Shown: in pieces, positions 25,484 to 35,727 of the stretch
Numbering within the stretch: position 1 is the stretch's first letter
Layout: every line of letters starts with the position of its first letter
NCBI GenBank assembly: GCA_002308915.1
Contig: DBWI01000006.1
Coordinates: 1-62,847 of the forward strand
Direction of reading: 5' to 3'
From: Christensenella sp. UBA1242
Lineage (GTDB): Bacteria; Bacillota; Clostridia; Christensenellales; UBA1242
DNA length: 62,847 nt
The notes under the pieces: generated by a model
Database searches by the model: none
What the model was told of the DNA's origin: nothing
What the model saw: the letters and a program-made list of their open reading frames with translations, nothing else
Position numbers and translations under genes: made by a program

Positions 25484-27334
25484 ATGAAAGGAATAAAGAT
25501 ACACAAAACTTCTTTTGTTGATGACAAAACAGAACTTGTTGGTGATGTTGTTATTGGTAAAAATTGTACAATAAAAAATTCAAGAATCATCAACTCACAA
25601 ATTGGTGATAACACAAAAATTGTTGATAGTAACATTGAAGATAGTAAGATAAAAAACAATGTAACAATAGGGCCATATTCGCACCTAAGACCAAACTGTG
25701 TTATTGATGATAATGTTCACATTGGTAATTTTGTTGAAATAAAAAACTCCTATATTGGCAAGAGAACAAAAATTCCCCATCTAAGTTATGTTGGGGATGC
25801 GATTGTTGGAGAAGATAACAATATTGGTTGTGGAGTTATTTTTTGTAATTATGATGGAAAAAACAAAAGCAAAACTTTTGTTGGAAGTCGTGTTTTTATT
25901 GGGAGCAATTGCAACATCGTGGCTCCTGTCGTGATTGAAGACGAAAGTTTTATTGCAGCAGGAACAACTGTAACCAATAATGTGGAAAAAGGAAAGTTTT
26001 GTATTGGCAGAGTAAAGAATGAAGTAAAAGACGGAATTTTTAACCAATACTTGCAAAATTTTGTACCAAAACCAAAGTACTTTGGAACAGATGGTATTCG
26101 TGGAATTTATGGAAAAGATTTAACTTGTGAACTTGCCACAAAGGTTGGTTTTTCATTAACCAAAACATCAAAAAATCCAAGAATAGTTGTTGGCATGGAC
26201 ACAAGGCCGAGCGGTAAAGAATTGTTGAATGCTTTTGCGAGTGGTGTTTGCTGTGGTGGTGGAAGCGTGTACTATGCGGGTGTAATTTCAACACCTGGAG
26301 TAGCATATTTGACAAGGTTTTTTGGTTTTGATTATGGTGTTGTTATAACAGCTTCTCATAATCCCGTAGAATACAATGGAATAAAGATTTTTGACAAAAA
26401 TGGGTATAAAATCAATGAAAATCAAGAAAATTTGATAGAAAAACGCTTATTTTTGCCACAAATAACTAAAAATATTAAAACCAAAGAAGTGTTGCCCGAT
26501 GCTTATTTTGAATATATTTTTAGTGTAAGTAAATATGATTTAAGTGGAATAAAAATATTTTTAGATTGCTCAAATGGTGCACTTGGGAATTATGCAACAA
26601 GGATATTTGAAAAGACTGGTGCAAAAGTAATTTCAAAAAACTTGTTTGGAGAAATAAACAAAGATGCAAGTGTTTTAGATGTTGAGTTGTTTGCTAAAAA
26701 CATGAAAGAGGCAAACGCCGATATTGGTTTTTGTTTTGATGGCGATGGTGACAGAGTTATGTGTATTACATCAAATGGCAGAGTTTTGGACGGAGATGAT
26801 ATACTATATATTTTGGCTCGTTACAAAAAACAAAAATGTGTTGTTGGAACAATAATGAGTAATCTTGGCATAGAAAAATCATTAAACAAAATTGGTGCTC
26901 ATATGATTAGGACAAATGTTGGCGACAGAAATATTGCACGAGTAATGAAATCAAAAAGATATACACTTGGTGCAGAAGAATCTGGTCATGTGATAATTGG
27001 AGATTTGACAACAACTGGGGATGGACTTCTTACTGCAATGTATCTAATGAATATATACAAAGAACGGAAAGATTTGTTTGATTGTGCAGAAAAATTATAT
27101 AAATATCCAACAAAATCATGCAAATATAAGACAAATAACTTAAAAATTACAAAAAACAAAGATTTTCAGTCAGAATTAAAACATATTGAAGACAAGTTAA
27201 AACAAAGTGGAAGAATAATTGTTCGTCCAAGTGGAACAGAACCAGTAATAAGGATTACTGTTGAGCATAAAGATGATACTGTTGCATCAAAAATTGCTAA
27301 TGAAATAATTGAGCTTATAAAAAAGTATGAATGA
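25484..27334 (+). CDS. glmM: Fusion protein: GlmU-type GlcN-1-P acetyltransferase (LbH) domain plus phosphoglucosamine mutase
   Basis: N-terminal IGPYSHLRPN, HIGNFVEIK, HLSYVGDAIVG, IGCGVIFCNYDGKNKSKT, VAPV, AAGTTVT (GlmU C-domain). From about nt 26075, YFGTDGIRG and TASHNPVEYNGIKIF (GlmM). ATG 25484 lies behind a GGAG. Confidence 0.85.
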   Translation: MKGIKIHKTSFVDDKTELVGDVVIGKNCTIKNSRIINSQIGDNTKIVDSNIEDSKIKNNVTIGPYSHLRPNCVIDDNVHIGNFVEIKNSYIGKRTKIPHLSYVGDAIVGEDNNIGCGVIFCNYDGKNKSKTFVGSRVFIGSNCNIVAPVVIEDESFIAAGTTVTNNVEKGKFCIGRVKNEVKDGIFNQYLQNFVPKPKYFGTDGIRGIYGKDLTCELATKVGFSLTKTSKNPRIVVGMDTRPSGKELLNAFASGVCCGGGSVYYAGVISTPGVAYLTRFFGFDYGVVITASHNPVEYNGIKIFDKNGYKINENQENLIEKRLFLPQITKNIKTKEVLPDAYFEYIFSVSKYDLSGIKIFLDCSNGALGNYATRIFEKTGAKVISKNLFGEINKDASVLDVELFAKNMKEANADIGFCFDGDGDRVMCITSNGRVLDGDDILYILARYKKQKCVVGTIMSNLGIEKSLNKIGAHMIRTNVGDRNIARVMKSKRYTLGAEESGHVIIGDLTTTGDGLLTAMYLMNIYKERKDLFDCAEKLYKYPTKSCKYKTNNLKITKNKDFQSELKHIEDKLKQSGRIIVRPSGTEPVIRITVEHKDDTVASKIANEIIELIKKYE

Positions 27335-28178
27335 TTTTGAGATAATTCAAAGTGGCATAAATAGTTTTAAAAAAGATAGACGAATTGAAACAATAAAAAT
27401 AGGCAAATCAACTCTTGGTGAAATGATGTATGCCTTTCATAAAGGGAGTTACACTTCGCCACAAATACTTATCACAGGTGGTATTCATGCAAGAGAATAC
27501 ATATCATCACTTGTTGTAACAAATTTGATATTTGATTGGGATATGGAATATGGTTGCTACTTTGTCCCGCTTGTCAATCCAGATGGAGCAAGGTTGTGCA
27601 CATGTGGTGATTATTTTATAAAAGATGAAGACTATAAGGCGATGTTGCAAAGGTTGAATAAAAATTCAACTAATTTCAACAAATGGAAAGCAAATATAAG
27701 AGGAGTTGACCTTAATCAAAACTTTGATGCTGGCTGGGGCAAAAGCAAGTTTTGTTCGGTAATTCCAGGGAGTTCTGGATTTTGTGGTGAAAGTGTCAAC
27801 AGTGAAATAGAAACAAAAAACATACAAAACTTTATTGGTGGAATAAATATTCAACTATCATTTTGCTATCATTCCAAGGGGAAAGTGGTTTATTATGGTT
27901 ATGAAAAACTAGCCAAAGACATATTACAAAAGGAAAAGTTTATGGCAAAAACGCTTTGCAAAGTTCTAAAATACAAAAAAATTCGTTCAATAGGCTCAAC
28001 TGGTGGGCTTGGAGATTATATTGGTTACAGACTGGGTATTCCAAGTGTTACAATTGAACTTGGAAGTGACAGGTATTGTCATCCAATACCTTGTGATATG
28101 ATAAAACGTATATATAAAAACCAATATAAGGCACTAAAAATCTGCGTTCAGAGGTATTATGATAGATTTACACAATGA
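27327..28178 (+). CDS. M14-family zinc carboxypeptidase (gamma-D-glutamyl-diamino-acid peptidase-like)
   Basis: ITGGIHAREY, VPLVNPDGARL, GVDLNQNF, CYHSKG; overlaps the upstream gene by 8 nt. Confidence 0.8.
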   Translation: MNDFEIIQSGINSFKKDRRIETIKIGKSTLGEMMYAFHKGSYTSPQILITGGIHAREYISSLVVTNLIFDWDMEYGCYFVPLVNPDGARLCTCGDYFIKDEDYKAMLQRLNKNSTNFNKWKANIRGVDLNQNFDAGWGKSKFCSVIPGSSGFCGESVNSEIETKNIQNFIGGINIQLSFCYHSKGKVVYYGYEKLAKDILQKEKFMAKTLCKVLKYKKIRSIGSTGGLGDYIGYRLGIPSVTIELGSDRYCHPIPCDMIKRIYKNQYKALKICVQRYYDRFTQ

Positions 28179-28962
28179 TTGTCTCACGGCAAAAATTACA
28201 AAAAATAGGCTGGAAAGCTATTTATTTGCTTGCCAAAAGCACTTAAGCAAGCTATATTGTCCAGTTTTTACAACAGAACTAAATAACCCAGTTGAATTTA
28301 TAAATGATAAACAAAAACTTTTGCAAAAGTTTTCTTACACACAAATCTGTATTGAAGATATTGGTTTTTTACCTTCAAATGACTTTGATTTTTTGTTATC
28401 AATAAAACCCAAATATGTTGGCATTGTGTGGAATAATTCCAATATGTATGGCTGTGGTGCGTACAGCCAAGGTGGATTAACGCAAAAAGGAAAAACTCTT
28501 GTAAAATTTCTTGAAAAGAATAATATAATTGTTGACACAGCACATATGAACTATAGAACTTTTTTTGATTTTGTTAACATCACACAAAAACCAATTTTTT
28601 GTTCCCATACTGGGTTATATTCTGTTGTTAATGACAAACGAAATTTTACAGATGAGCAAATAAAAATTATTGTTCAATCTGGTGGAATTTTTGGACTATT
28701 TTTTGTTGGAAAATATTTAACAAAAAGCAGTACTTTTTTGGGTGATGATGTAGTTAAAAACATTGACTATTTTGTTCAAAAATTTGGAGCAAAAAATCTT
28801 GCGATTGGTACAGATTTTTACGGTACAAAAGATCTCCCTCGTGATATTCAAAATTATAGTCAAATTGAAAAAATTAAGCAAAAAATGGGTAAAATTGGGT
28901 ACAAAAACACTCAAATTGATGATATTTTTGACTTTAATGCACAAAAATTGGATAATTGGTAA
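28159..28962 (+). CDS. M19-type membrane-dipeptidase-family protein (short form)
   Basis: MIDLHNDCL, DTAHMN, FCSHTG, AIGTDFYG; overlaps the upstream gene by 20 nt. Confidence 0.62.
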   Translation: MIDLHNDCLTAKITKNRLESYLFACQKHLSKLYCPVFTTELNNPVEFINDKQKLLQKFSYTQICIEDIGFLPSNDFDFLLSIKPKYVGIVWNNSNMYGCGAYSQGGLTQKGKTLVKFLEKNNIIVDTAHMNYRTFFDFVNITQKPIFCSHTGLYSVVNDKRNFTDEQIKIIVQSGGIFGLFFVGKYLTKSSTFLGDDVVKNIDYFVQKFGAKNLAIGTDFYGTKDLPRDIQNYSQIEKIKQKMGKIGYKNTQIDDIFDFNAQKLDNW

Positions 28963-28974
28963 TCATTTTTGAAA

Positions 28975-29006
28975 TAAAAAAAAGACACGTTTTTGTGTCT
29001 TTTTTA
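28975..29006. terminator. Bidirectional terminator
   Basis: A8-GACAC-GTTTTT-GTGTC-T6. Confidence 0.75.
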
Positions 29007-31031
29007 ATTACCAAAAGTTAAAAATTTTGATGGATTTCCAGCAAACAAAATTCTTAGTTGATGCATGGCTCTTGTTGATGCAACATACAGTGCTTCTTTG
29101 TCTATTGGATTTCTGAAATTTTCGTCATCACAATCAACAATAATTATGGCATCAAATTCAAGACCTTTAACAAGAAAAGTTGGAGCCAAAACAATGCCAT
29201 CACTAAAGTTCAATGTTTCAATTGTAAGGTGTCTATATTTTAATTTTCCGTATAGCAATTTGTTTAGTTGCTCGCACTGAGAAATTGTTTTTGTTAAAAT
29301 TCCAATATTTTTATGATTACACTCTTCAAAGTATTTTACTGATTGCAAAATGTAATCAATTTTTTGTTGTAAATTTGAATATTTTGCAATTTGGACTTTT
29401 GAACCATGTCTTTGTACAATATCAACATTTGTTCTTCCAATCAAATTGTTTGCAAAAGTTGTAATTTCGTATGTTGAACGATAACTTTTGTTGAGCGATA
29501 ATACTTCATAACCATTTGCGCACACTTTGCCATAATTTTCAATAATGTCATTTTTTGAACCACTAACACTTTGCAATGTATCACCCAGAATTGTTTTTAC
29601 GCAAGGGAACATTGTGTTAATAATTTTGAATGTTAGTGGGTTGTAATCTTGGAACTCATCAATGAGTAGATGTTTGATTTTATTGAATGTTGTGTGGCCA
29701 TAAAGATATTGTTTAATATAGAGCAATGGTACTGCATCTTCGTATTTTATTTTGTTTGTTTTAACAAAGCTTGAATGGTAGTAAGTTTGCAAAAATGCGT
29801 TATAAATGGTAAAAATATCGGTTTTTTGCATCATTTTTGCTATATTTTTGTTAATTTCTGACCTCGGCATTGTTTTGTCATATCTTTTTGCTTCGTCAAA
29901 AATGTATTCTTTTATCCAATCAATTTTTAAGTACACAGGTCTATTTTTGTATTTCACACTATACAAATCTTGAAGCATTCCTTGGTCAATTATCAGCATT
30001 TTGTCGTAGTATATATCAAAAGGTTCAAATGCGTTATTAAAGTATTCCTCGCAAAATTTTTGGATATCATCGCAAAACTGCATACTGTTTTTTAGTTTGC
30101 AATTTTTTACTTCAAACTCATCTGTAAGCAATCTTTCAACTTGTTCTGTTTTACTTTCAATTTGATATGGTATGTCAAGCTCTTCTTTTAGGATTTCGTC
30201 TAGCACTGTTTCTGCAATATTTTCTTCGCCAAGTTCTGGAAGTACATTTGATATATAATCCGAGAAAAATCTGTTTGGGGACAAAATGAGTATAGATTTT
30301 GAATTTAGAGTTTTTCTGTGCTTATACAACATATATGCAATTCTGTGAAGTGCAATGGATGTTTTTCCACTTCCAGCAACTCCGTGAACAATCATATCAT
30401 TTTGTGTTTCTCGTCTAATAATTTGGTTTTGTTCTTTTTGAATAGTTGAAACAATGTTTTTCATTTTTTCACTATTTGTTTTTGCCAAAACTTCTTGCAA
30501 AATACTGTCATCAATCTTTATGTCACTTTCAAGAGCAAAAACCATTTTCCCATTTTCAATTTTGTATTGGCGTTTGCTATTGATGTTTCCAGTTACTTTT
30601 CCATTTTCTGTGTCATACTCGCCATGACCAACATCAAAGTTATAATATAGTTCGCTAAAAGGTGCACGCCAGTCAACAATGTATACTTTTGTGTCAACTT
30701 TAATTCCTTTTAGACCAATTCTATAAAATAATCTGTCGTTATCCGAAGTTGTAAAATCTATTGCTCCAAAGTAAGGTGATTTTTGCGAGGCCCTAAAAGA
30801 AACAAGTTCTGCAATATTTTGTTGTTGGGTTTCTTCAAGCATGGAAATTTGGTTCTGGGCAAAAGCTTTTTCTGCATTATCCATTTCATAGATATTTTCC
30901 CAAGCATAAGACATGTTTTCTTTTATGCTGTCCAAAAGCTGCTTATCACGACTTTCAACATCTTCAATTTTGGTTTTTATAATTTTTAGAACATTATCAA
31001 GAAAGTCTAATTCTTCCTTTGGTATTTCCAT
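29004..31031 (-). CDS. helD: HelD-type UvrD-like helicase (RNA polymerase recycling factor family)
   Basis: YFGAIDF..VDWRAPFSELYY N-terminal region, VHGVAGSGKTSIALHRIAYMLY, LLIDEFQD. Confidence 0.8.
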   Translation of the reverse strand: MEIPKEELDFLDNVLKIIKTKIEDVESRDKQLLDSIKENMSYAWENIYEMDNAEKAFAQNQISMLEETQQQNIAELVSFRASQKSPYFGAIDFTTSDNDRLFYRIGLKGIKVDTKVYIVDWRAPFSELYYNFDVGHGEYDTENGKVTGNINSKRQYKIENGKMVFALESDIKIDDSILQEVLAKTNSEKMKNIVSTIQKEQNQIIRRETQNDMIVHGVAGSGKTSIALHRIAYMLYKHRKTLNSKSILILSPNRFFSDYISNVLPELGEENIAETVLDEILKEELDIPYQIESKTEQVERLLTDEFEVKNCKLKNSMQFCDDIQKFCEEYFNNAFEPFDIYYDKMLIIDQGMLQDLYSVKYKNRPVYLKIDWIKEYIFDEAKRYDKTMPRSEINKNIAKMMQKTDIFTIYNAFLQTYYHSSFVKTNKIKYEDAVPLLYIKQYLYGHTTFNKIKHLLIDEFQDYNPLTFKIINTMFPCVKTILGDTLQSVSGSKNDIIENYGKVCANGYEVLSLNKSYRSTYEITTFANNLIGRTNVDIVQRHGSKVQIAKYSNLQQKIDYILQSVKYFEECNHKNIGILTKTISQCEQLNKLLYGKLKYRHLTIETLNFSDGIVLAPTFLVKGLEFDAIIIVDCDDENFRNPIDKEALYVASTRAMHQLRILFAGNPSKFLTFGN

Positions 31032-31105
31032 ATTTCCTCACAAAAAAATAAAAATCGCTTAATACTACCATAAAAAATAATAAATTTCAACCACAAAAAC
31101 GATAT

Positions 31106-31135
31106 TTGACAAAAATATTTATATTAGTGTAAACT
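31106..31135 (+). promoter_or_regulatory. Candidate promoter
   Basis: TTGACA - 18 nt - TAAACT; strong SD AAGGAGGTG before ATG 31160. Confidence 0.5.
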
Positions 31136-31159
31136 AATAATAAATAAGGAGGTGGGGTT

Positions 31160-32971
31160 ATGTACATGTCAAAGTATAGAAAACATAACAACGCCTTCTT
31201 TTTGCTTTGCTACAGTTTGTGTTTGGTTATGACACTAATGTTAATTTTATCCTTTATCAGTCCAACAGATAAATTCATTTTGGCAGCAGACACATACTGG
31301 TCAAACAACAAGTCAACATCTGTAGAAAGCGTTAGTAGTGTATATCAAATAAGGTCAGGAAAAGACTTGGCATTCTTTTTCCATTCAACAAGTGCAAAAA
31401 AAGCAGTGCTTTATTGTGATATAGATATGTCAGCACATGTTTGGGATGGTCCAGAAAGTGTTTCCATAAACAAAGAATTAGATGGCAAAGGTAACACAAT
31501 AACAGGTCTTAGATACAAAGGAACAAACAATGGACTTGTTGCAAAATCGACTGCTGGTACTTTTACATTCAAGAATATGAGTGTATACATAGATGCAACA
31601 ACCAGTGCAAATGGTTCAACCGGAGCATTTGTTGGTGAAAAGACTGGTGGAAGTTTAACAATAAGCAGTTGTTCTGTGTATGGTAGCATTTCAAATTCAG
31701 GTTCATATTCAAGCAGAAATGTTGGTGGTATGGTAGGAAAAACTAATGAACTTACTGCAACAAGTTGTTTTAACTATGCAGCAATAAGTGGTAGTGCAAC
31801 ATCATATAGTCTTGGTGGAATAGTAGGTAATGCTTCATCAAGTACATTAACACTATGTTCAAATTCAGCTGCCATTTCTGGAACAGCAACATATATCGGT
31901 GGACTTGTTGGATATTCTGGTGGATTAACAATGAGTAATTCAAGAAGTTGCAATAGTGGAGCAATAACAAACAATTCAACAAGTAGTTACACTGGTGGAA
32001 TTGTTGGTTATGCAATACCAACAAACACAACAATAAGTTATGTATACAACACTGGAGTAATTACATCAAGCTCCACTGGTGGTGGACTTGTTGGGGCATC
32101 TTCAAAAACTATAACTTTTGGAAATGTATATAACAGTGCAAAAGTATCAGTACTAAACAAGGCAGGTGGTTGGGAAATTGTTGTTAATGATGGAGAAGTC
32201 GCTCGTCTTAAAGGAGGAGTGCCATATCAACAATACAACAATGCTCCTATAATAAATAATGATAGTGGACCAACTTATACAGAGGAAGATTATTGGTATA
32301 CGGTAAAAGCAACATTAAAAATATATGAAACAAAATTAGTTGATGTTTCTTTTATTGGAGATGGAAGCTACAACAAAAGTGGTTCAAAACTTTATTCAAT
32401 AAATCCGCATAATAGTAGTACAACTGCAGATTTAAAGTTTGTTTTAAATGGGAAATATGTCAGCAATGGAACAACAATAAAGACATTTGGTGGCTCTGAA
32501 TTTTATCTTAACAATTATTCGTCTAAATATGTATATTCTGAAAAAATAAACATAGAAACGGGAATAAACTCTTATTGGTATGCACAAAATTATTATCCAT
32601 TTAGGTATGCTATATTTGGTTATGAGATATATGATTTACCAAATCAGCACTATAGTTATTATAAAGATTTAGTCAGTGCGGATCTTGTTGGAATAACTAT
32701 ATATCGTTCTGGAAATAATTTTACCATGTATCCAACTTTGGATATATCTTATACAATAATAGATGGTGGTTATCATGGGGGCAATGGATACGATACAATA
32801 ACAACAGATGTTTGTGGAACATATTCTTACACATATACTGCATCAAGTACACAAAATATAAATTATATTAGCGAAGATTCAATCAAATCAGCATCATTTG
32901 AAGGTAGTTACTTTTCAACAAATTCTCAAATAAATGGTGGTTTGCCATATTTTCCAGAGATGTATTGGTAA
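31160..32971 (+). CDS. Secreted or anchored GLUG-motif repeat protein
   Basis: N-terminal TM FFLLCYSLCLVMTLMLILSFI; repeated GGMVGK / GGIVGN / GGLVGY / GGIVGY / GGLVGA units. Confidence 0.6.
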   Translation: MYMSKYRKHNNAFFLLCYSLCLVMTLMLILSFISPTDKFILAADTYWSNNKSTSVESVSSVYQIRSGKDLAFFFHSTSAKKAVLYCDIDMSAHVWDGPESVSINKELDGKGNTITGLRYKGTNNGLVAKSTAGTFTFKNMSVYIDATTSANGSTGAFVGEKTGGSLTISSCSVYGSISNSGSYSSRNVGGMVGKTNELTATSCFNYAAISGSATSYSLGGIVGNASSSTLTLCSNSAAISGTATYIGGLVGYSGGLTMSNSRSCNSGAITNNSTSSYTGGIVGYAIPTNTTISYVYNTGVITSSSTGGGLVGASSKTITFGNVYNSAKVSVLNKAGGWEIVVNDGEVARLKGGVPYQQYNNAPIINNDSGPTYTEEDYWYTVKATLKIYETKLVDVSFIGDGSYNKSGSKLYSINPHNSSTTADLKFVLNGKYVSNGTTIKTFGGSEFYLNNYSSKYVYSEKINIETGINSYWYAQNYYPFRYAIFGYEIYDLPNQHYSYYKDLVSADLVGITIYRSGNNFTMYPTLDISYTIIDGGYHGGNGYDTITTDVCGTYSYTYTASSTQNINYISEDSIKSASFEGSYFSTNSQINGGLPYFPEMYW

Positions 32972-32984
32972 AAAATTGAGAATC

Positions 32985-33016
32985 AAAAAACCCACTCATT
33001 TTGAGTGGGTTTTTGT
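32985..33016. terminator. Bidirectional terminator
   Basis: AACCCACTCA-TTTT-GAGTGGGTT plus T run. Confidence 0.8.
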
Positions 33017-33024
33017 TGTTTTTA

Positions 33025-33408
33025 TTACACTTTTTTGTTTAGGTATTTAAGCAAAATGTCTATTGATTGAGAAAGTTCTGAAGATTGCTCGTGAAGTATT
33101 TTGTTCAAGCTGTCAAGATATTCATTGAGCATTTGTTTGCCTTTTGGAGCAATTTGATATGTTATTGCTCTGCCATCAGATAATGACTTTTGACTATAAA
33201 TAAGTCCGTCAGCAATCATCTTTTTTGTAAGAAGTGCCAAGTTTGACTTAACAATACCAAGTTTTGATACAAGAATTTGTGGACTAACGCTTTGATATTC
33301 GTCAACAAAATACAACACCTTTAAAACGTTGTTTGTTGCATCGTTTTTTGAAATGTTGCAAATTGTTTGAGATAGTGCTTTTATTTCCAAAATTTTTCTT
33401 GCGTTCAT
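33025..33408 (-). CDS. MarR-family transcriptional regulator
   Basis: Winged-helix pattern SPQILVSKLGIVKSNLALLTKKMIADGLIY...DGRAITYQI. Confidence 0.8.
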   Translation of the reverse strand: MNARKILEIKALSQTICNISKNDATNNVLKVLYFVDEYQSVSPQILVSKLGIVKSNLALLTKKMIADGLIYSQKSLSDGRAITYQIAPKGKQMLNEYLDSLNKILHEQSSELSQSIDILLKYLNKKV

Positions 33409-33415
33409 ACAATTT

Positions 33416-33443
33416 ATTATAAAATATTATTTATAGATGTCAA
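33416..33443 (-). promoter_or_regulatory. Consensus promoter of the leaderless marR-family mRNA
   Basis: Minus strand TTGACA (33438-33443) - 16 nt - TATAAT (33416-33421) - 7 nt - ATG 33408. Confidence 0.65.
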
Positions 33444-33490
33444 ACGAAATGCTTGTAGTTTTTCAAAAATTAATTTATAATTTACTCATA

Positions 33491-35722
33491 ATGATTTTAG
33501 AAGGGACAATTGAAGAAATAATTTTCCGCAACGATTCCAACGGATATACTGTTGCCATGCTTAGCCATGGGGAAGAATACACAACAGTAGTTGGAAAGTT
33601 TTTGAGCGTCAACATTGGGGAAAATGTTAGACTTACAGGAAAGTTTGTTACAAACAACAAGTATGGCGAGCAGTTTAGTTTTGATACAAGTGAGATAATT
33701 TATCCAAGCACAATTGCTGGGATTGAAAAGTATCTTTCTAGTGGACTAATTAAAGGCATTGGGCCAGTAACAGCAGCTGCAATTGTTGACAAGTTTAAGG
33801 AAAACACATTTGAGATAATTGAGTTTTGTCCACAAAAATTAAGTGAAGTTAGGGGAATTAGTTCAAAAAAAGCAGCTGCAATTGGTGACGCTTTTGGTGA
33901 ACTCAAAAAAATTCAAAACAGTGTTATGTTTTTGCAAAGTTATAACATTTCAACAAACATGGCACTCAAAATTTATGAAATTTACCAAGACAGAACTATT
34001 GAACTGGTAAAAGAAAATCCATACAGACTTGTTGAAGATGTTGATGGCATTGGCTTTGCAACAGCAGACAAGATTGCTCAAAATATGGGCATAAGTCCAG
34101 ATAGTGCGTTTAGAATGCGTGCTGGTTTTTTGCATCTTCTTAACGAAAATTCCGAAAAGAATGGCAACACATATATTCCAAGAGAAGTTCTTGTTGATAA
34201 TCTTGCCAAACTTTTGGGACTTGACAAAGATAATTACGAAGGTGAGTTTGCTGCAGTGCTTGACAATCTTGCACTTGACAAAGTTATTACAACATTTTTT
34301 AAGGCTCCATACAATGTTGTCATGCTCACCAAATATTATTATATCGAAACGGGTATTGCTCAAAAATTGGCACTACTCAATGTTAGTGCAAAGCAAAACC
34401 AGTTTGATGTAACAAAAGATATTGAACATTTTGAAAAAGTTAATGATATCAAGTTTGACCAAAGTCAAAAAGATGCAATTATCCATAGCGTTAATAATGG
34501 TGTCAATTTGATTACTGGTGGACCTGGTACAGGAAAAACAACAATTGTTAAGTGTATAATGACAATTTTGCATCAACAACGCAACAAAGTAATGCTACTT
34601 GCTCCAACAGGCAGAGCTGCAAAACGACTTTCCGAGAGTACTGGCGAAGAAGCAAAAACAATTCATCGTGGGCTTGAAGTTGACTTTAGAAGTGAGCAAG
34701 GAAGATTTGTTCACAACGAGAGTAATCCACTAGACACAAATGTTGTTATTGTGGACGAAGTGTCTATGGTTGATGTAATGCTTATGCATGCACTACTCAA
34801 AGCATTGCCAAGAGATTGCAAACTTATTTTGGTTGGAGACAAAGACCAGTTGCCAAGTGTTGGCGCAGGCAATGTTTTGGACGATATAATCAAAAGCGGA
34901 GTGATAAACATAGACTATTTAACCAAAATTTTTAGACAAGAAGAAAATAGTTTGATTATATCAAATGCACATATGATAAATGATGGACAAATGCCAGTTC
35001 TAGACAATTCGTCATCAGATTTCTTTTTTGATGCAAAAGTATATTTAACAGACATAAAAGACACAATAGTAGATATGGTTACAAAGCGTTTACCAAAATT
35101 CACAAATCTTGAAACTCCAAAAATTCAAGTTCTTGCACCGCTAAAAGCTGGTGTTTGTGGAATAGAAAATCTCAACAAAAGTTTGCAAGATGTAATAAAT
35201 CCATCATCAATCACAAAGGTTGAAGAAATTGTTGGAAGTCAAATTTTCCGTGAAGGTGACAAAGTTATGCAAATGTCAAACAACTATGACCTTGTTTGGA
35301 TAAAAAGAGATGGTGTTTTTGCAGAAGAGGGAGCAGGAGTATTCAATGGCGATATTGGGTACATCTACAAAATAGACAGAAGAACAGGTGAAACAATAAT
35401 TTGGTTTGAAGATGGCAGAGAATGTGTTTATCCAAGAACAGAACTATATCAACTTTCACTTGCATATGCAATAACAATCCACAAAAGTCAAGGTAGTGAG
35501 TTTGATGTTGTTGTTATTCCAGTTATCAGTGGAACAGGAATGATACTCACAAGAAATTTAATTTACACAGCAGTAACTCGTGCCAAAAAGATGGTTGTTT
35601 TGGTTGGCGAAAAGAAAAATCTTAAAAGAATGATTAGCAATGTTTACACAGTTCAAAGATTTACAATGCTAAAAGACTTTTTGTTGACGGCGAATGAAAA
35701 AGCACTAGAACTATTTGGTTAA
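33491..35722 (+). CDS. recD2: RecD2-type ATP-dependent DNA helicase
   Basis: GGPGTGKTT, VIVDEVSMVD, ITIHKSQGSEFD, TAVTRAK. Start uncertain: ATG 33491 follows TTGTAG-17-TATAAT-9 nt, and the longest ORF start at 33437 overlaps the marR -35. Confidence 0.85.
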   Translation: MILEGTIEEIIFRNDSNGYTVAMLSHGEEYTTVVGKFLSVNIGENVRLTGKFVTNNKYGEQFSFDTSEIIYPSTIAGIEKYLSSGLIKGIGPVTAAAIVDKFKENTFEIIEFCPQKLSEVRGISSKKAAAIGDAFGELKKIQNSVMFLQSYNISTNMALKIYEIYQDRTIELVKENPYRLVEDVDGIGFATADKIAQNMGISPDSAFRMRAGFLHLLNENSEKNGNTYIPREVLVDNLAKLLGLDKDNYEGEFAAVLDNLALDKVITTFFKAPYNVVMLTKYYYIETGIAQKLALLNVSAKQNQFDVTKDIEHFEKVNDIKFDQSQKDAIIHSVNNGVNLITGGPGTGKTTIVKCIMTILHQQRNKVMLLAPTGRAAKRLSESTGEEAKTIHRGLEVDFRSEQGRFVHNESNPLDTNVVIVDEVSMVDVMLMHALLKALPRDCKLILVGDKDQLPSVGAGNVLDDIIKSGVINIDYLTKIFRQEENSLIISNAHMINDGQMPVLDNSSSDFFFDAKVYLTDIKDTIVDMVTKRLPKFTNLETPKIQVLAPLKAGVCGIENLNKSLQDVINPSSITKVEEIVGSQIFREGDKVMQMSNNYDLVWIKRDGVFAEEGAGVFNGDIGYIYKIDRRTGETIIWFEDGRECVYPRTELYQLSLAYAITIHKSQGSEFDVVVIPVISGTGMILTRNLIYTAVTRAKKMVVLVGEKKNLKRMISNVYTVQRFTMLKDFLLTANEKALELFG

Positions 35723-35727
35723 ATTTT

